Notes under the pieces: model-generated
Database searches by the model: none
What the model was told of the DNA's origin: nothing
The model's input: only the letters and a program-made list of their open reading frames with translations
Made by a program: the position numbers and the translations under genes
Source of the DNA: Tieghemostelium lacteum
Lineage: Eukaryota
Direction: 5' to 3'
DNA: 64,000 nt
Assembly: GCA_001606155.1 (NCBI GenBank)
Contig: LODT01000028.1
Span: forward strand, 406,735 to 470,734
In this document: positions 1 to 11,791 of the stretch, one piece after another
How positions within the stretch are numbered: position 1 is the stretch's first letter
Layout: each line of letters opens with the position of its first letter

Positions 1-86
1 CATGTTCTAATTAATCTGATTTTATCTTTATCACTATGTAATAGTTTTACAATCTTTTGTATTACTAGATAATTATTATATGACAT
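1..86 (-). CDS. N-terminal fragment of an unidentified gene that continues past the left edge
   Basis: A minus-strand ATG at 86..84 is followed by an open frame to position 1 (MSYNNYLVIQKIVKLLHSDKDKIRLIRT..). Only about 28 codons are visible, so no family can be assigned. Confidence 0.3.
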   Translation of the reverse strand, partial: MSYNNYLVIQKIVKLLHSDKDKIRLIRT

Positions 87-331
87 GATATTACTGCAAT
101 TTAAAAATAAATCAAAAAATGATAAAAATCCAATTTCATTTTCAATAAAAGTAAAAGAAATTCTATTTAATAGCCATTGGCTCTGGATTGAAATTCAAAT
201 GGACAATAAGATTATATACTTGAAAATTTAGTTTTTTAAAAACACTCGGTCGTTTTCACTGTTAATAAATTATTTAATTAAATTTTATTATATTTTTTTA
301 CAAAAAAACGAAAAACAGATACATTTAAAAA

Positions 332-1192
332 ATGATTAGAAGAAATGCAAGATTAAGACAAGAATATTTATATAGAAAGAGTTTAGAAGGAAAAGAAAAA
401 GATATATATGAAAAGAAGAGAAAAATTAAAAAAGCATTAGATGAAGGTAAACCAATTCCTACAGATTTGGTAGATTTTGAATTCCAAGTTAGAGATGAAA
501 TGAAATTAAATGGTGATGGTGAAGTTAAACCACCATCTATAGATGATGAATACGCAAGATGTGGTATTGTAGATCCAAAAGTTTTTATTACAACCAGTAG
601 AGAACCATCAAGTAGATTGACACAGTTTGCTAAAGAGCTCAGAATGATATTTCCAAATTCACAAAAGATGAATAGAGGTTTACACATTTTAAAAGAGTTG
701 GTGGATGCATGTCGTGCTAATGATGTCACAGATTTGATTATTGCACATGAACACAGAGGTGAACCTACAGGTATCATTATATCACATCTTCCATATGGTC
801 CAACAGCCTATTTTGAAATTAAGAATTGTGTGATGATTCATGATATTCAAGATTCAACCCCACCCTCACTTGCATTCCCACATTTGATTTTTGATAATTT
901 CACAACACCTCTAGGTGAGAGAACAATGAATGTACTCAAATATCTCTTTCCAGTGCCAAAAGATGACAGCAAACGTGTCATTACCTTTGCCAACAATGAA
1001 GATTTTATTTCATTCCGTCATCACATTTACGAAAAAGATACTTATAAAAATGTAATACTAAAAGAAGTTGGTCCCCGTTTTGAATTAAAACTATACAAAA
1101 TCCAATTGGGAACTGTAGATCAAGAGGAAGCTGATGTAGAATGGGTATACAAACCATACATGAATTCTACTAAAAATAGATTATTCCTTTAA
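332..1192 (+). CDS. imp4: U3 snoRNP protein IMP4 (Brix-domain ribosome biogenesis factor)
   Basis: Single 286-aa ORF. The N-terminus MIRRNARLRQEYLYRKSLEGKE and the Brix blocks (KVFITTSREPSSRLTQFAKEL, GPRFELKLYKIQLGT) match the conserved IMP4 pattern. Confidence 0.9.
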   Translation: MIRRNARLRQEYLYRKSLEGKEKDIYEKKRKIKKALDEGKPIPTDLVDFEFQVRDEMKLNGDGEVKPPSIDDEYARCGIVDPKVFITTSREPSSRLTQFAKELRMIFPNSQKMNRGLHILKELVDACRANDVTDLIIAHEHRGEPTGIIISHLPYGPTAYFEIKNCVMIHDIQDSTPPSLAFPHLIFDNFTTPLGERTMNVLKYLFPVPKDDSKRVITFANNEDFISFRHHIYEKDTYKNVILKEVGPRFELKLYKIQLGTVDQEEADVEWVYKPYMNSTKNRLFL

Positions 1193-1235
1193 GATAATAA
1201 AACCTAGTTTCCTATACAATGTTTCCTTTATTTTT

Positions 1236-2303
1236 TTATATCATAAAAGAATCACGATCGAATAAATAGACTAACCATTGAATTAAATATAAAATGATTG
1301 GGTTCCAAACTACTAGATATCTAACAGAATCCAATAAGGATCCCCAGATAAAAGTTTGTTTTTCCCATGGATTATCAGAGAGTTCACGTAGGTTTACTTT
1401 TTCGTTGCAGTGTGGACACATGTTCTTTTTACCTACCAATGACCAACCTCTAATACACCATTCGTGAAATACATGTTTGCATCCTGGTAATTCAACTGGT
1501 TTCTTACTAAACAATTTATTCATTACCCAATCCATTTTAGTTTCAATCGATTTATCTCTACTGCTATTGTTAGCTGCATTACTACTGTTATTGATACTTG
1601 ATAATAATAGATCTGATCCGACTGAATTTGATGTACTGGATGCAATAGGTTTTAAATTATTTGTACAAATAGCACAATAGCTATTCGATATTGCAGTGAA
1701 GGGAAGTCTTGATCCACCAAGTCCTAAAATGGTTGCAATTCTATCAGAACACAATTCTGCGAAATCTCTTCCTAACAAACCAAAATAGAGTCCATAAAAG
1801 ATTATTGTAGCATAACCATCTGTTGATCCAGGTAAGAATATCATACCCAAAAATCCAATAACTGAAATTATAAAACTGATAATATAGATAAAATAGAACC
1901 AAATGAATACGATCTTTGGTGTCTTTCTATCCAATGGATTCTGAGTAGATAATCTGTAGAGGTAGACAAGTGCTCCTGAAAATGCACTCCATATCAATAT
2001 CATTCTGACATGCTGATAATAGAGTGAGAAGACTATAGGGAATACCCAAAGACCTAAAAGTGAAAGTCTAAGGAAGGATCTTGGATATTTATTCCTCCAT
2101 ATTAGTAATAGAAACTGAGAGACTACCATTACTAATATTACACCTAATGTTATCATTCGGTGTAGTTCATTGTGTCCTGGGTGGTTTATTATTCCACTGT
2201 CATCGGCATTGTGTGAATGTCCGTGTGCTTGACCAATCTTATCTTGTGTTAAATCTTGTTGGTGTTGTTGTTCTATACCACTATCTTCATTTATATTCAC
2301 CAT
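1236..2303 (-). CDS. Multi-pass membrane RING-finger E3 ligase, RNF121/RNF175 family
   Basis: 355-aa ORF with several hydrophobic segments (RDFAELCSD block). These are followed by CAIC...CKHVFHEWCIRGWSLVGKKNMCPHCNEKV and DSVRYLVVWNP, colinear with metazoan RNF121. Confidence 0.85.
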   Translation of the reverse strand: MVNINEDSGIEQQHQQDLTQDKIGQAHGHSHNADDSGIINHPGHNELHRMITLGVILVMVVSQFLLLIWRNKYPRSFLRLSLLGLWVFPIVFSLYYQHVRMILIWSAFSGALVYLYRLSTQNPLDRKTPKIVFIWFYFIYIISFIISVIGFLGMIFLPGSTDGYATIIFYGLYFGLLGRDFAELCSDRIATILGLGGSRLPFTAISNSYCAICTNNLKPIASSTSNSVGSDLLLSSINNSSNAANNSSRDKSIETKMDWVMNKLFSKKPVELPGCKHVFHEWCIRGWSLVGKKNMCPHCNEKVNLRELSDNPWEKQTFIWGSLLDSVRYLVVWNPIILYLIQWLVYLFDRDSFMI

Positions 2304-2671
2304 CCTCTGACCCCCCTTACACTATGTATAACCCTAAGATTAAATGATAAAAAAAAGTGAATAAAAAATTAAAATTAATTTAATTTTCAAAAGTGGTGGG
2401 GTAAAATGAGTGGGTTTTATGTCCCTAAGATTTTATACTGACTTGTATACACATCGATTTAAACTAAATTTTCACTGATATTATACCTTTTTGATTTTTT
2501 CATTATTATTTTCTTTTGATTACAATGCAAATACAAAACTCTACAACTATATTTTGACCAATTGGAAATCTATTGAAAAAAGACATAAAGAGTATAATAT
2601 ATTACAATTTTTAAATGGAATTAAAAAGTTATTTATTTTGTTTTTTAATTAACTGCCCATTAGTAGTAACA

Positions 2672-4931
2672 ATGAAATCCATACTAATTACAATAATTTG
2701 TATATTTCTATATTGTAGTATATTAAGTGTTGATGGTCAAGAAGAAATAGTTTTACAATCAATAATCAGAGATTTGACTCCATCGACCAATCCAGATTTT
2801 GAAATTGCTGGTTTAAATAAAATAATTAAAGGTCTTGTTAAAAGAAGACTTGGTGCTGATAGGAAACCAGTATATTCCTATAATTCACTGCCTGCTGAAT
2901 ATTCTGGAAATGTAATTATTCACAATCAAACTACTTTTTATTCATGGTTTCATAATGAACCTGGTGTATCAATTCCCATATCCATGCCAATAATTTTAAC
3001 CAACAATCAAACTTCAGAAGACCCTAGAATCTTTACTTACAAAAATCCAGCCTTTTTCCCAATTGATAACAAAGGTTGGGAGAAACCAAGTCTTGTTCAA
3101 AATTCCAATCACAAACTATACTATGATAAATATGAAAATGTTCATAACTTTCATTTTTGTTTGGAATTACATTCAACTTTTACCTACCAAGGTGGTGAGT
3201 TCTTTGAGTTTATAGGTGATGACGATGTGGTATGTATATTTAGGAATTTTAGGGATGTTGATAGAAATTCATAGACTAATTACATTGTTATTCGAATAGT
3301 GGGTTTTTATAAATAATCTATTGGTATTGGATTTAGGAGCACCACATGATACTATTGGAACTAATGGACATGGTTCAGTAGATTTGGATAGTTTAGATGG
3401 ACTGAAAATTGGTAAAGATTATCCATTTGATTTCTTTTATTGTGAAAGAAAATCAACTGAATCTTATATTGAAATTTCAACTAGTTTGAAATTAAAATGT
3501 AAATATCAGGATTACTGTGGTGTGTGTGAAGGTGATGGTTCTAGTTGTTGTAATGCTGAGGATAATTGTGATGACTATAATCCATGCACAATTGATAAGT
3601 GCCCACCTCCACTAACTAAACGATCTAAAGGTCAGTCAATTGATGAGATTTGCATACATGAACCTATACAATGCAACAGTACTGCTTGTGGTGAATATGC
3701 ATGTAATCGTAAATCAGGTCAATGTGAATTGGTCAGTGAAAAACTATGTACCTATAAAGACTCTTGTCAAATTGGTAAATGCCAAGAGAAGTTTGGTGGA
3801 TGCACTTATGACTCTATAAAATGTTTGGATAACCCATTATGTTCTGTTGGGCAATGTATGAATGGAACATGCCATTATACACCAATTACATGTGAAGACA
3901 ATAACAAGTGTACCATTGACGAATGTAACGATAAAATTGGATGTACCCATAGACTTTTGGATTGCAATGACCATGACCATTGCACAACAGACAGTTGTCA
4001 TAAAGATAAAGGATGTGTGCATACACCAATCTCACATTGTATTCCATGTTCAAATTCCACAAAATGTGAAACTAAAAATCCTTGTGTAAATATAGAATGT
4101 GATCCTGAAGCCATTGGGAAGTGTGTTAGTAAACCAGTGGTTTGTGATGACTTGAACAAATGTACAAATAATCAATGTGAAGTTGATCCAAAGACCAATC
4201 AACCATTTTGTAAGTTTACACCTATAGAGTGTCCCCAAACCAGTCTATGTGAGATTACATATTGTAATAGCACTCTTGGAAAATGTCAATCTATACCCAT
4301 GTCATGTGATGACTCTAATCCATGCACCATTGACTTTTGTGTTGATGGTCAATGCGAACATGTTTTGGATGCTTGTGATGACGGAGACAAATGCACAGTA
4401 GACCAATGTATAGTCGACAAAGGAGGATGTGTAAACTCTCCATTAGATTGTAGAGCTTCTTTTAACAGTAGCGATATATGTACAGAATTCACATGTGATT
4501 CACAATTGGGGTGTATACCAACACCTAAAATCTGTCCACAATCTGAGAGATTTTGTGAGATTTCACAATGTGATATAGTGGCTGGTGGTTGTATTTACTA
4601 CAACAAAACATGTATTACTGATAATCCTGATTGTGAATATGGACAATGTATTGAAGAATCAAGGTCATGTGAAACTAAGAGTTATAAACCTCTACCTTTT
4701 AAATGTTCTGGTGCTGCTAAAGCTGGTGTGGCAATTGCTGGTGCTGCTGTTGCTGGTATTGTCCTTGGTGGTGTTGCTGTATTATTATTGGCTGCATTTG
4801 GTGCCAAAAAAGGATTTGAACATTGGAGAGATTCCTCTAACCAACGAATGACACAAGTTCATGCTAATCCTCTATATGTCGAAAATCCTAATGTACAACA
4901 TAATCCTTTATATGTATCATCAACCATCTAA
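2672..4931 (+). CDS. Secreted/type-I membrane protein: fibro-slime (PA14-like) domain, many Dictyostelium-type Cys-rich repeats and a C-terminal TM
   Basis: Exons 2672..3229 and 3300..4931, with an alternative upstream ATG at 2615. The intron 3230..3299 runs GTATGT..TAG. Splicing restores the fibro-slime motif GDDDV|WVFINNLLVLDLGAPH. The signal peptide is MKSILITIICIFLYCSILSV. There are about 15 repeated C..D.C....C blocks, and the TM segment is GVAIAGAAVAGIVLGGVAVLLLAAF. Confidence 0.8.
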
Positions 4932-5124
4932 TACCTAAAAACCTAATTTATTAAGAACGTATATTTCCAAAAATAAAATCTTAACATTCACTTATTCTGG
5001 TGTTTGCAAGAAATAATTATAAACAATCTAAAAAAAATTTAAATTTTTTTATTTTGATATAAACACAGTCTTACCCACACACAAATAAAACCATAAAACC
5101 TTATTTAGGAAATTATATAATGAA

Positions 5125-5321
5125 ATGATAACCTGTAGGGATTTATCTGATAAATATTTTCAATTTAGAGAAGTTGCAAAACAAGAAAAAAAGAAAAGAG
5201 ATCAGCAAGAATTCCTTACATTTGTTCAAAACAGACCTATCACAAAGTCACCAAATAATGAAAATAATTCAAGTTTCTCCAAATTTCCAAATATATTTAT
5301 CAATAAAACACCTGTATCAAC

Positions 5322-5352
<31 letters not shown>

Positions 5353-6372
5353 CCAGTAAATGGTAATCTTACAAATCTTCCACATTGTAGCAGTTGTGGT
5401 AAAGAATTTGGATTATTTACATCAAAGATAGCATGTGATTTGTGTTATATAAACTTTTGTGAAAAGTGTGTAAAAAAGATAACTAGTAAAGATATAACAG
5501 GTGTATTACGTGAAGGTCAAGTTAAACAGTATTGCTCAAAATGTGTATTTATAGTTACTAGAGAAGAGAGTAAAAGGAGATTTGAATTCTCATGTAAAGC
5601 CTCTCTTTCTGATCCTCTACTTGTACTATTTCAAAAAATCACTGATATAAAGGATCTGATACAATCGAGAATACCAAATTTTGAATATCTCGGATCGACA
5701 ATAACTGATTTCAATAAGGTAAATGCAAAGAACAAAGAGGCATTCATACTGGTCTATGGAGAGGTTGTTAAATTTCAAAATGAATTACAACAATTATTTA
5801 TGGAATTTGATAAACATTTTAAATTGATACAGGCAGTACCAGTGGTAAAAGGTTCGTCTCAAGAAAAAGTACATGGAAATATGAAACATGTATACGTAAC
5901 CTTTCTCCAACAACATCTACCAAAATTCAATAATCTAAAAGAACAAATACAGCATTTGGAATTGAATACAATAACGAATATATATATTATCCTATGTAGA
6001 GTTTCAATGGATAATCAATTACATCGTGAATTTTGGTCCAAGTATCAAGTGGAATTCCAAACTGCCATCAAAAGCATTCGAACAGAACTCTTTAATTCCA
6101 CATTAAAGTGCGGTGAAAACTGGGATAAACATAAGAGTTTTATAGATGAGATGATATGTGCTACTGAGAAATCACATTTAAATATCGATGGTCATCCATC
6201 AAAAGAATTTGAAGGTACACTATTGCGAAAGAACAAAGAGATTATTCAAAAGATTCAAGAACAAGTCCATATGCGTACTAAACCAGATGAACTACCACAA
6301 TCTAAACAGTCCTTACAACAACTAGCTGGTTATTTAAATAGTTCTTATCAGTCAAGTATGATTTTTAAATAA
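5125..6372 (+). CDS. Cys-rich (FYVE/RH-like) zinc-finger protein with a helical C-terminal region
   Basis: 415-aa ORF containing CSSCGKEFGLFTSKIACDLCYINFCEKCV...YCSKCV after a poly-Pro/Thr linker. It lacks the basic RHHCR patch of true FYVE domains, so the family assignment is tentative. Confidence 0.55.
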
Positions 6373-6399
6373 AATTCAAGAAATAATAATAATAAGCAT

Positions 6400-6717
6400 T
6401 TATTTTTTTTTATAGTGTGAGAAATATTCTTCTACCCATTTATTATGTTTATCATCTGTTCCACCTTCCAAATAAGATTTGAAAACTAGAATTCCAATAT
6501 TATCCTCTACATAATTTCCTTTAAAATCGTGGAATTTGAAATAACTCTTACAAATTTGGGCATATTCTATAAGATCATCATATCTTTTTTCCATTAAATC
6601 TTTACAAGACTGGTTACATGATGAAGTAATAGGGCTTATATCTAAGTCTGTCAACACCTCATACCGTCGTATTCGGTTACATTTAACATAATATTCATGG
6701 TTTGGACAGGGTTGCAT
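6400..6717 (-). CDS. Small hypothetical protein (MQPCPNHEYYVKCNRIRRYE...)
   Basis: The ATG at 6717 lies inside track ORF 6400..6777. The part of that ORF upstream of the ATG translates AT-rich filler (FIYFIYVVIFILL). A 5' exon may be missing. Confidence 0.3.
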   Translation of the reverse strand: MQPCPNHEYYVKCNRIRRYEVLTDLDISPITSSCNQSCKDLMEKRYDDLIEYAQICKSYFKFHDFKGNYVEDNIGILVFKSYLEGGTDDKHNKWVEEYFSHYKKK

Positions 6718-6855
6718 ATTATTTTGGATATCAATTAAAAGAATAAAAATAACCACATAAATAAAATAAATAAACACACAAATATTTTTTTACTGGAAAA
6801 CAATCAAGTATTAATATTGATTTACCAAAAGATAATAAAACTCCTAATTGTAAAT

Positions 6856-7240
6856 TTATTTTAATAAATTGTCTTTGGTTTTATATACCAAATAGGCATA
6901 GATTTCATATTTATTAATCAAAGTATGTGAGAAATTTGTCAATATTGCCAACTTTTTTGCCACTAATAATGTTTCATCCTTCGATGTAACACCTCTTAAT
7001 CTATCTGTTTTACCATTCATCGCTGAAATGGTGTTATGTATTAAATTATCACTACAACAAACCCTTTTGAGCTTTAAAGAGGCTGTTTTATAAGACAAAG
7101 TTAGCCTTTTTAACTTTTCTTCTAATTTTTCAAAACCTATCCAAGATGTTATGTACTTCTTGTTATTATTTGAGTTATGGTGATTTATTTTTAATTTTAG
7201 GTGGACATATTCAATGAGAAAATAAAAATTTATTTAATTA
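6856..7240 (-). other. Open frame of about 128 codons with no ATG (possible exon or gene relic)
   Basis: The frame of track ORF 6856..7098 stays open upstream to about 7240 (..IEYVHLKLKINHHNSNNNKKYITSWIGFEKLEEKLKRLTLSYKTASLKLKR..). There is no in-frame ATG and I could not place a splice acceptor. Confidence 0.2.
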
Positions 7241-7654
7241 TTTAATTTTTAAGTAAATTATTTTGCACTAAATAGCTTTAAATCTTCCTTAGTGTTCGAT
7301 TTAGCTGTCAACCAGCATTAAATTGTAGATATGTTAATTAAAAAGGGTAAGAAAAAGGTTTTAAAATCTTATTCACTAGAGGTAGCGGGATTAAACCCCA
7401 AATATGCAGAAGATATCAAAATATATTTAACTAAAATTTCTAATAAATTGAACAACCTCAAATACAATCAATAAGTCTAACAGCTCTTCAGCAATAGTGA
7501 ATAACAACAATTTGATGAATTTTTTAAAAGACTTTAAGATTCATTTTATTTTTTTTTTAAGTTGCTAAGAAAAATATCTGAAATTTGATTACTTTTTAGA
7601 AGGAAGAAGGACAATCTTTCGAATTTTTTTTTTTTGATATTTCTTCATTTTAAA

Positions 7655-9181
7655 ATGAGAATAGTAAACAGTATTTTAGTTTTACTGTTTATATGTATTG
7701 TTGTCAACCAATGTATTGGTAAAACTATAGAAGTTCCAACTACTCAAAGACATTCTACAGTTGTGTCATCAGGACCATATGACAGTGGTTCAGGTGAAAA
7801 CTCTGCATCTGCATCAACAGCAACTGGAACTGGATATCAAACTACTAGATCTTCAACCACTGAATACACCACTCGAAGCAGTGGTCCATATGATAGTGGT
7901 TCAGGTCAAAACTCCGCCTCTTCATCAGGATCATCAGCATCTGCAACAGGATATCAAACTACCAGACCTTCAACCACTAAAAGATACACAACTCAAAGCA
8001 GTGGTCCATATGACAGTGGTTCAGGTCAAAACTCTGCCTCTTCATCAGGATCATCAGCATCTGCAACTGGATATCAAACTACCAGATACGCAACTACTAG
8101 AACCACCGAAAGCAGTGGTCCATATGACAGCGGTTCAGGTAAAAACTCTGCATCAGCCTCGTCAGCATCATCAGGATACGGTCCATATGACAGCGGTACA
8201 GGTAAAAGCTCTGCATCATCTTCAGCATCTTCTGGAACAGGATATCAAACTACCAGACCTTCAACTACTAAAAGATACACAACTCAAAGCAGCGGTCCAT
8301 ATGACAGTGGTTCAGGTAAAAACTCTGCATCTGCATCATCTTCAGCATCATCAGGATACGATAGCACAACTAGAAGATCAACTGATACATCAGGATTTGA
8401 TAGTGGAAGATCATCAACATTTAGACCACATAGTAGTAGTGGTCCATATGACAGCGGTTCAGGTCAAAGCTCTGCCTCTTCATCAGCCTCTTCAGATTCC
8501 GGAACAGGATATCAAACTACCAGACCTTCAACTACTAAAAGATACACAACTCAAAGCAGTGGTCCATATGACAGCGGCTCAGGTAAAAACTCTGCATCAT
8601 CATCAGCCTCTTCAGATTCTGGAACTGGATACCAAACAACAAGATATTCAACTACTAGAACCACAGAAAGCAGTGGTCCATATGACAGCGGTTCAGGTAA
8701 AAACTCTGCATCAGCATCATCTTCAGCATCATCAGGATACGATAGCACAACTAGAAGATCAACTGATACTTCTGGATTTGATAGTGGAAGATCATCAACA
8801 TTTAGACCACATAGCAGTAGTGGTCCTTACGATAGTGGTTCTGGTGGATCATCTGCATCAGGAACATCAGGATCATCATCAGGATATGACACAACTAAAA
8901 AATCCTCAGGACCATATAGTAGTGGATCATCAGGTGATATTCCAAATCTCCCAATTCCACCAGCTTCATCAACTCCACAACCAACACCAACTCCAACCCC
9001 ATCACCAAGTACTGTTGTAACACCACCAACTGAATCTGCTGATGTTTCCAACTCCAATTCCGAAGAACCTCCAACAACAACAGTTGGTATAATTTTTGGA
9101 TTCATTGTTTTCTCAACATCATTAATTTTCACTAGCATTTTCTTTAAAGCTATTTTTTGTAATACTTTAAATCAACATTGA
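7655..9181 (+). CDS. Secreted Ser/Gly/Thr-rich tandem-repeat protein with a hydrophobic C-terminus (GPI-signal-like)
   Basis: The ATG at 7655 starts the signal peptide MRIVNSILVLLFICIVVNQCIG. The unit SSGPYDSGSG[QK]NSAS..GYQTTRPSTTKRYTTQ is reiterated. A Pro/Thr linker (PQPTPTPTPSPS) and the hydrophobic tail FGFIVFSTSLIFTSIFFKAIFC follow. Confidence 0.75.
   Translation: MRIVNSILVLLFICIVVNQCIGKTIEVPTTQRHSTVVSSGPYDSGSGENSASASTATGTGYQTTRSSTTEYTTRSSGPYDSGSGQNSASSSGSSASATGYQTTRPSTTKRYTTQSSGPYDSGSGQNSASSSGSSASATGYQTTRYATTRTTESSGPYDSGSGKNSASASSASSGYGPYDSGTGKSSASSSASSGTGYQTTRPSTTKRYTTQSSGPYDSGSGKNSASASSSASSGYDSTTRRSTDTSGFDSGRSSTFRPHSSSGPYDSGSGQSSASSSASSDSGTGYQTTRPSTTKRYTTQSSGPYDSGSGKNSASSSASSDSGTGYQTTRYSTTRTTESSGPYDSGSGKNSASASSSASSGYDSTTRRSTDTSGFDSGRSSTFRPHSSSGPYDSGSGGSSASGTSGSSSGYDTTKKSSGPYSSGSSGDIPNLPIPPASSTPQPTPTPTPSPSTVVTPPTESADVSNSNSEEPPTTTVGIIFGFIVFSTSLIFTSIFFKAIFCNTLNQH
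7766..8850. repeat. In-frame coding tandem repeats (~120-nt unit nested in a ~390-nt higher-order unit)
   Basis: GGTCCATATGACAG[TC]GGTTCAGGT[CA]AAAACTCTGC recurs about 10 times. The block YDSTTRRSTDTSGFDSGRSSTFRPHSSSGPYDSGSG occurs twice about 390 nt apart. Confidence 0.85.
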
Positions 9182-9479
9182 ACATTAATAAAATCGAATT
9201 TTTGTGTATAAATTCATTCTCAGTGAATACCCATAGGAATTGATTCGGTGTATTTACTTTATCGATTCAATTGAATGACATATTTTTCAAAAATTGAGAA
9301 AAATAAAATATCATAAGATTTGCAGGAATTGCAAATTAATTAATAGGGTATTAATTTATTTTAATTAAATATCTGGATATTATGAATAAAAATTTCAGTT
9401 CTCTGAGGTTTCAATTAAAATTTCTGAAAAGGAATTTTATAAAATCTTGAATAAATTAATAGTTCCTTATTATAGAAGA

Positions 9480-10464
9480 ATGATATCCAAGACTACAAGT
9501 ATTATCTGTTTAATTGTTCTAGCTATCCAATGCTCTAAATCAGAGATATGTTTTGTTTCTAAGGTCTCAAATAACTTTGCCAATGTAAATTCACAAGATA
9601 GTATTGGGAAATGTTTAACCTACCTGGAAAGAAATTGTCAGCTATGTATGGAATTTGGAATCTATATTAAGGAGTCTGAATTGGAAATTTCAGAGACTGA
9701 AAATGTAACCTTCAATAAAGCCAATATGATCACCATTGAACCATATGATTTTTCAACACTCTTAACTATTAAATTTTTAAAGAATGTTAAAGTATTCATC
9801 AACCTAACCAGAGACCAAGTATCAAGTTCACCAACCACTATTTTCTTTGAAAATATAATTTTTGATGGTGGAAATAAAGAATATGAATCATCAGCCGTAG
9901 TTTACAATTCTGAAAATTCATTTCATTATGATAAATTACTCTTTAAGAATTGCCAGTTAAATAATTTCAAATCTGATGTTTCAGTTGTTTCTAAAAATTC
10001 CATTGAATTTCTAAAGCCAGTTAAATTTGTTAAAAAATTGGAATTTATCAGAGACCCTCATTATCTAGTATCTTCTGGAATTGGGAAAACTTTTTCTACA
10101 ACAAAAACTGATGGAAATGTTGATAGATGTATAACCGATTGTATTGGTAGAGAGGATTCTGATGAAGTTTATCAAATTGCTGAAGTAGCTCATCTGAAAG
10201 TAGTGAAATATCACCAACTACAATAACAACATCGTCACCAATGCCTGTAGTACCAGTTTCCGTAATCCCAATGAATCCAGTAGCGTATCAACCAATACAA
10301 ACATTTTCTCCAATGCCAGTATTCAAGTATCTGATTCAAGTTCTTTTGAATCAACTCCAGAGAAAGTAAATGTAAAATCTTCAATTAGTTCTATTCTATT
10401 AGGAGCATTTGCTTTTTCATCATCAATCTTATTAGCCATATTTTTTAAATCACTATTTTGTTAA
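9480..10464 (+). pseudogene. Secreted-protein gene whose C-terminal third is in the +1 frame (frameshifted paralogue-like neighbour of 7655..9181, or a sequencing error)
   Basis: The ATG at 9480 gives the signal peptide MISKTTSIICLIVLAIQCSKS, and this frame stops at 10226. A second stop-free frame runs from 10207 to 10464 (NITNYNNNIVTN...SSISSILLGAFAFSSSILLAIFFKSLFC). It ends with the same type of hydrophobic tail as the upstream gene. The two frames can be joined by removing one A from the AAA at 10206-10208. No intron of plausible length fits. Confidence 0.5.
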
Positions 10465-10632
10465 CAGTCAAAGAATGATAAAATTTAAAAATAAAAATCA
10501 ATAAATATTTATAAAGAATTGATTTTGAGCTTCCTTACTTTTAAAGTAAAGTTATAAATATTGACAATTGGTCAATTGAATGCATTTATTGGTTTAATAA
10601 TAATATATAATAGATACAATTGAGATAGATAG

Positions 10633-11527
10633 TTAAGAAACCATCTCATTATCAACAAAAGATTGATATCCACCAATTGGCATTGGATCTCTACAATGGT
10701 TGTTTCTAAAGAGTTTTTTAGGAGAAGGGAACGCAAATTTTGATGGTTGATTATTTTCACTATTACTCGCACATGACAATGAAGATGACGATGATAGACT
10801 GTGTTTGACAGGAACTGGTTTAATGATTGTAGACTTAGATTCACTATGAATGCTATTGGTAAAAGTAGGATTCTGATTTGGTGTACAAGTTGATTCAAAG
10901 TCACTAATTTGGCTATTGGTTGATGATGATCGAGAGTGGGAAGTAGATCTTGATGGAGAGGATCTTGGATATCGAGTGGATTTCTTATTATTTTTACTCT
11001 CTGGGTAAGTAGGAGTTGGTGGTAATTGAACTGATAGTTCATGTTGTGGGAAAATACTCTGGTCAATTTTTGGTCTTGGTGATGGTGTTCGTATTCTCCA
11101 TGATTTTCTTTTTGTCGATTTTCCAGAATTACTAAATGATGAAGCACTACTGGTACTACTAAAACTTGAATTTAAACTACTATTACTACCAATACTATTC
11201 ATAAAATTATTATTTAAATTGCTACTGTTTGAACTGGATTTTGGATTATAATATGACGAAGTAGTGGATCCTATATATTCACTGTACATTGAATTGGGAG
11301 AGCGATTCGAATATTGTGATGAACTACTTGTCGATGAAATTGATGAACAAATTGAACTATTGGATGATATTGAGGAACATGATGACATATTTGAATAATC
11401 AAATATCTGAATATTGTTTTTGTCTACTTGTTGATCGTTAACAAATTGTTGAGACACCTGAATTTCCTTTTCTTTCTTTAATTGTTTTTTAATCTTCTTA
11501 TTTAATTTCTTATTTTTCTTATTTTTC

Positions 11528-11584
<57 letters not shown>

Positions 11585-11791
11585 TCTACAGAAGGAGAAT
11601 CAATCTCTGATTCCCCATAATCATCTTCTTTTTTACCTTTTTGTAAAATTACCCATAGTCTAAAAAATTAAAATAAATTAATATTAATCTTTTGGATTCA
11701 TCATAGTTATAGATGGTACATACCCAAGTTTTTTAAAATGTAGACATTTATTAGGGAAAGAATTGGGTATGTAAAAAACCAAAACTTTCAT
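10633..11791 (-). CDS. Ser/Asn-rich low-complexity protein, two exons
   Basis: Exon 1 is 11724..11791 (MKVLVFYIPNSFPNKCLHFKKL), followed by a GTATGT donor. The intron is 11660..11723 (64 nt) and ends TTTTTTAG. Exon 2 is 10633..11659. The phase was checked (68 nt plus phase-2 continuation). The track ORF 10633..11457 is its 3' part. Confidence 0.6.
11528..11583. repeat. (ATT)n microsatellite, read as poly-Asn on the minus strand
   Basis: About 18 perfect ATT units lie inside exon 2 of the 10633..11791 gene. Confidence 0.9.

Noticed and set aside
325-777. 150-aa minus-strand ORF
   Set aside because: It is entirely antisense to the well-supported IMP4 CDS. Its composition is hydrophobic/low-complexity, typical of the reverse frame of an AT-rich gene.
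7766-8850. Regularly spaced direct repeats that could superficially suggest a CRISPR-like array
   Set aside because: The repeats are in-frame protein-coding units with no unique spacers. The whole window is eukaryotic (spliceosomal introns), and there are no cas genes.
7761-9020. 419-aa alternative-frame ORF (plus 8551..8748, 8827..9138 and 8895..9080 on the minus strand)
   Set aside because: These are out-of-frame or antisense readings of the tandem repeat. The repeats keep any frame open. Only the 7655 frame has a signal peptide and a sensible C-terminus.
10572-11147. 191-aa minus-strand ORF overlapping the Ser-rich gene
   Set aside because: It is an alternative frame of the same low-complexity exon. 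The frame at 10633 connects by a phase-correct intron to an ATG exon, and this one does not.
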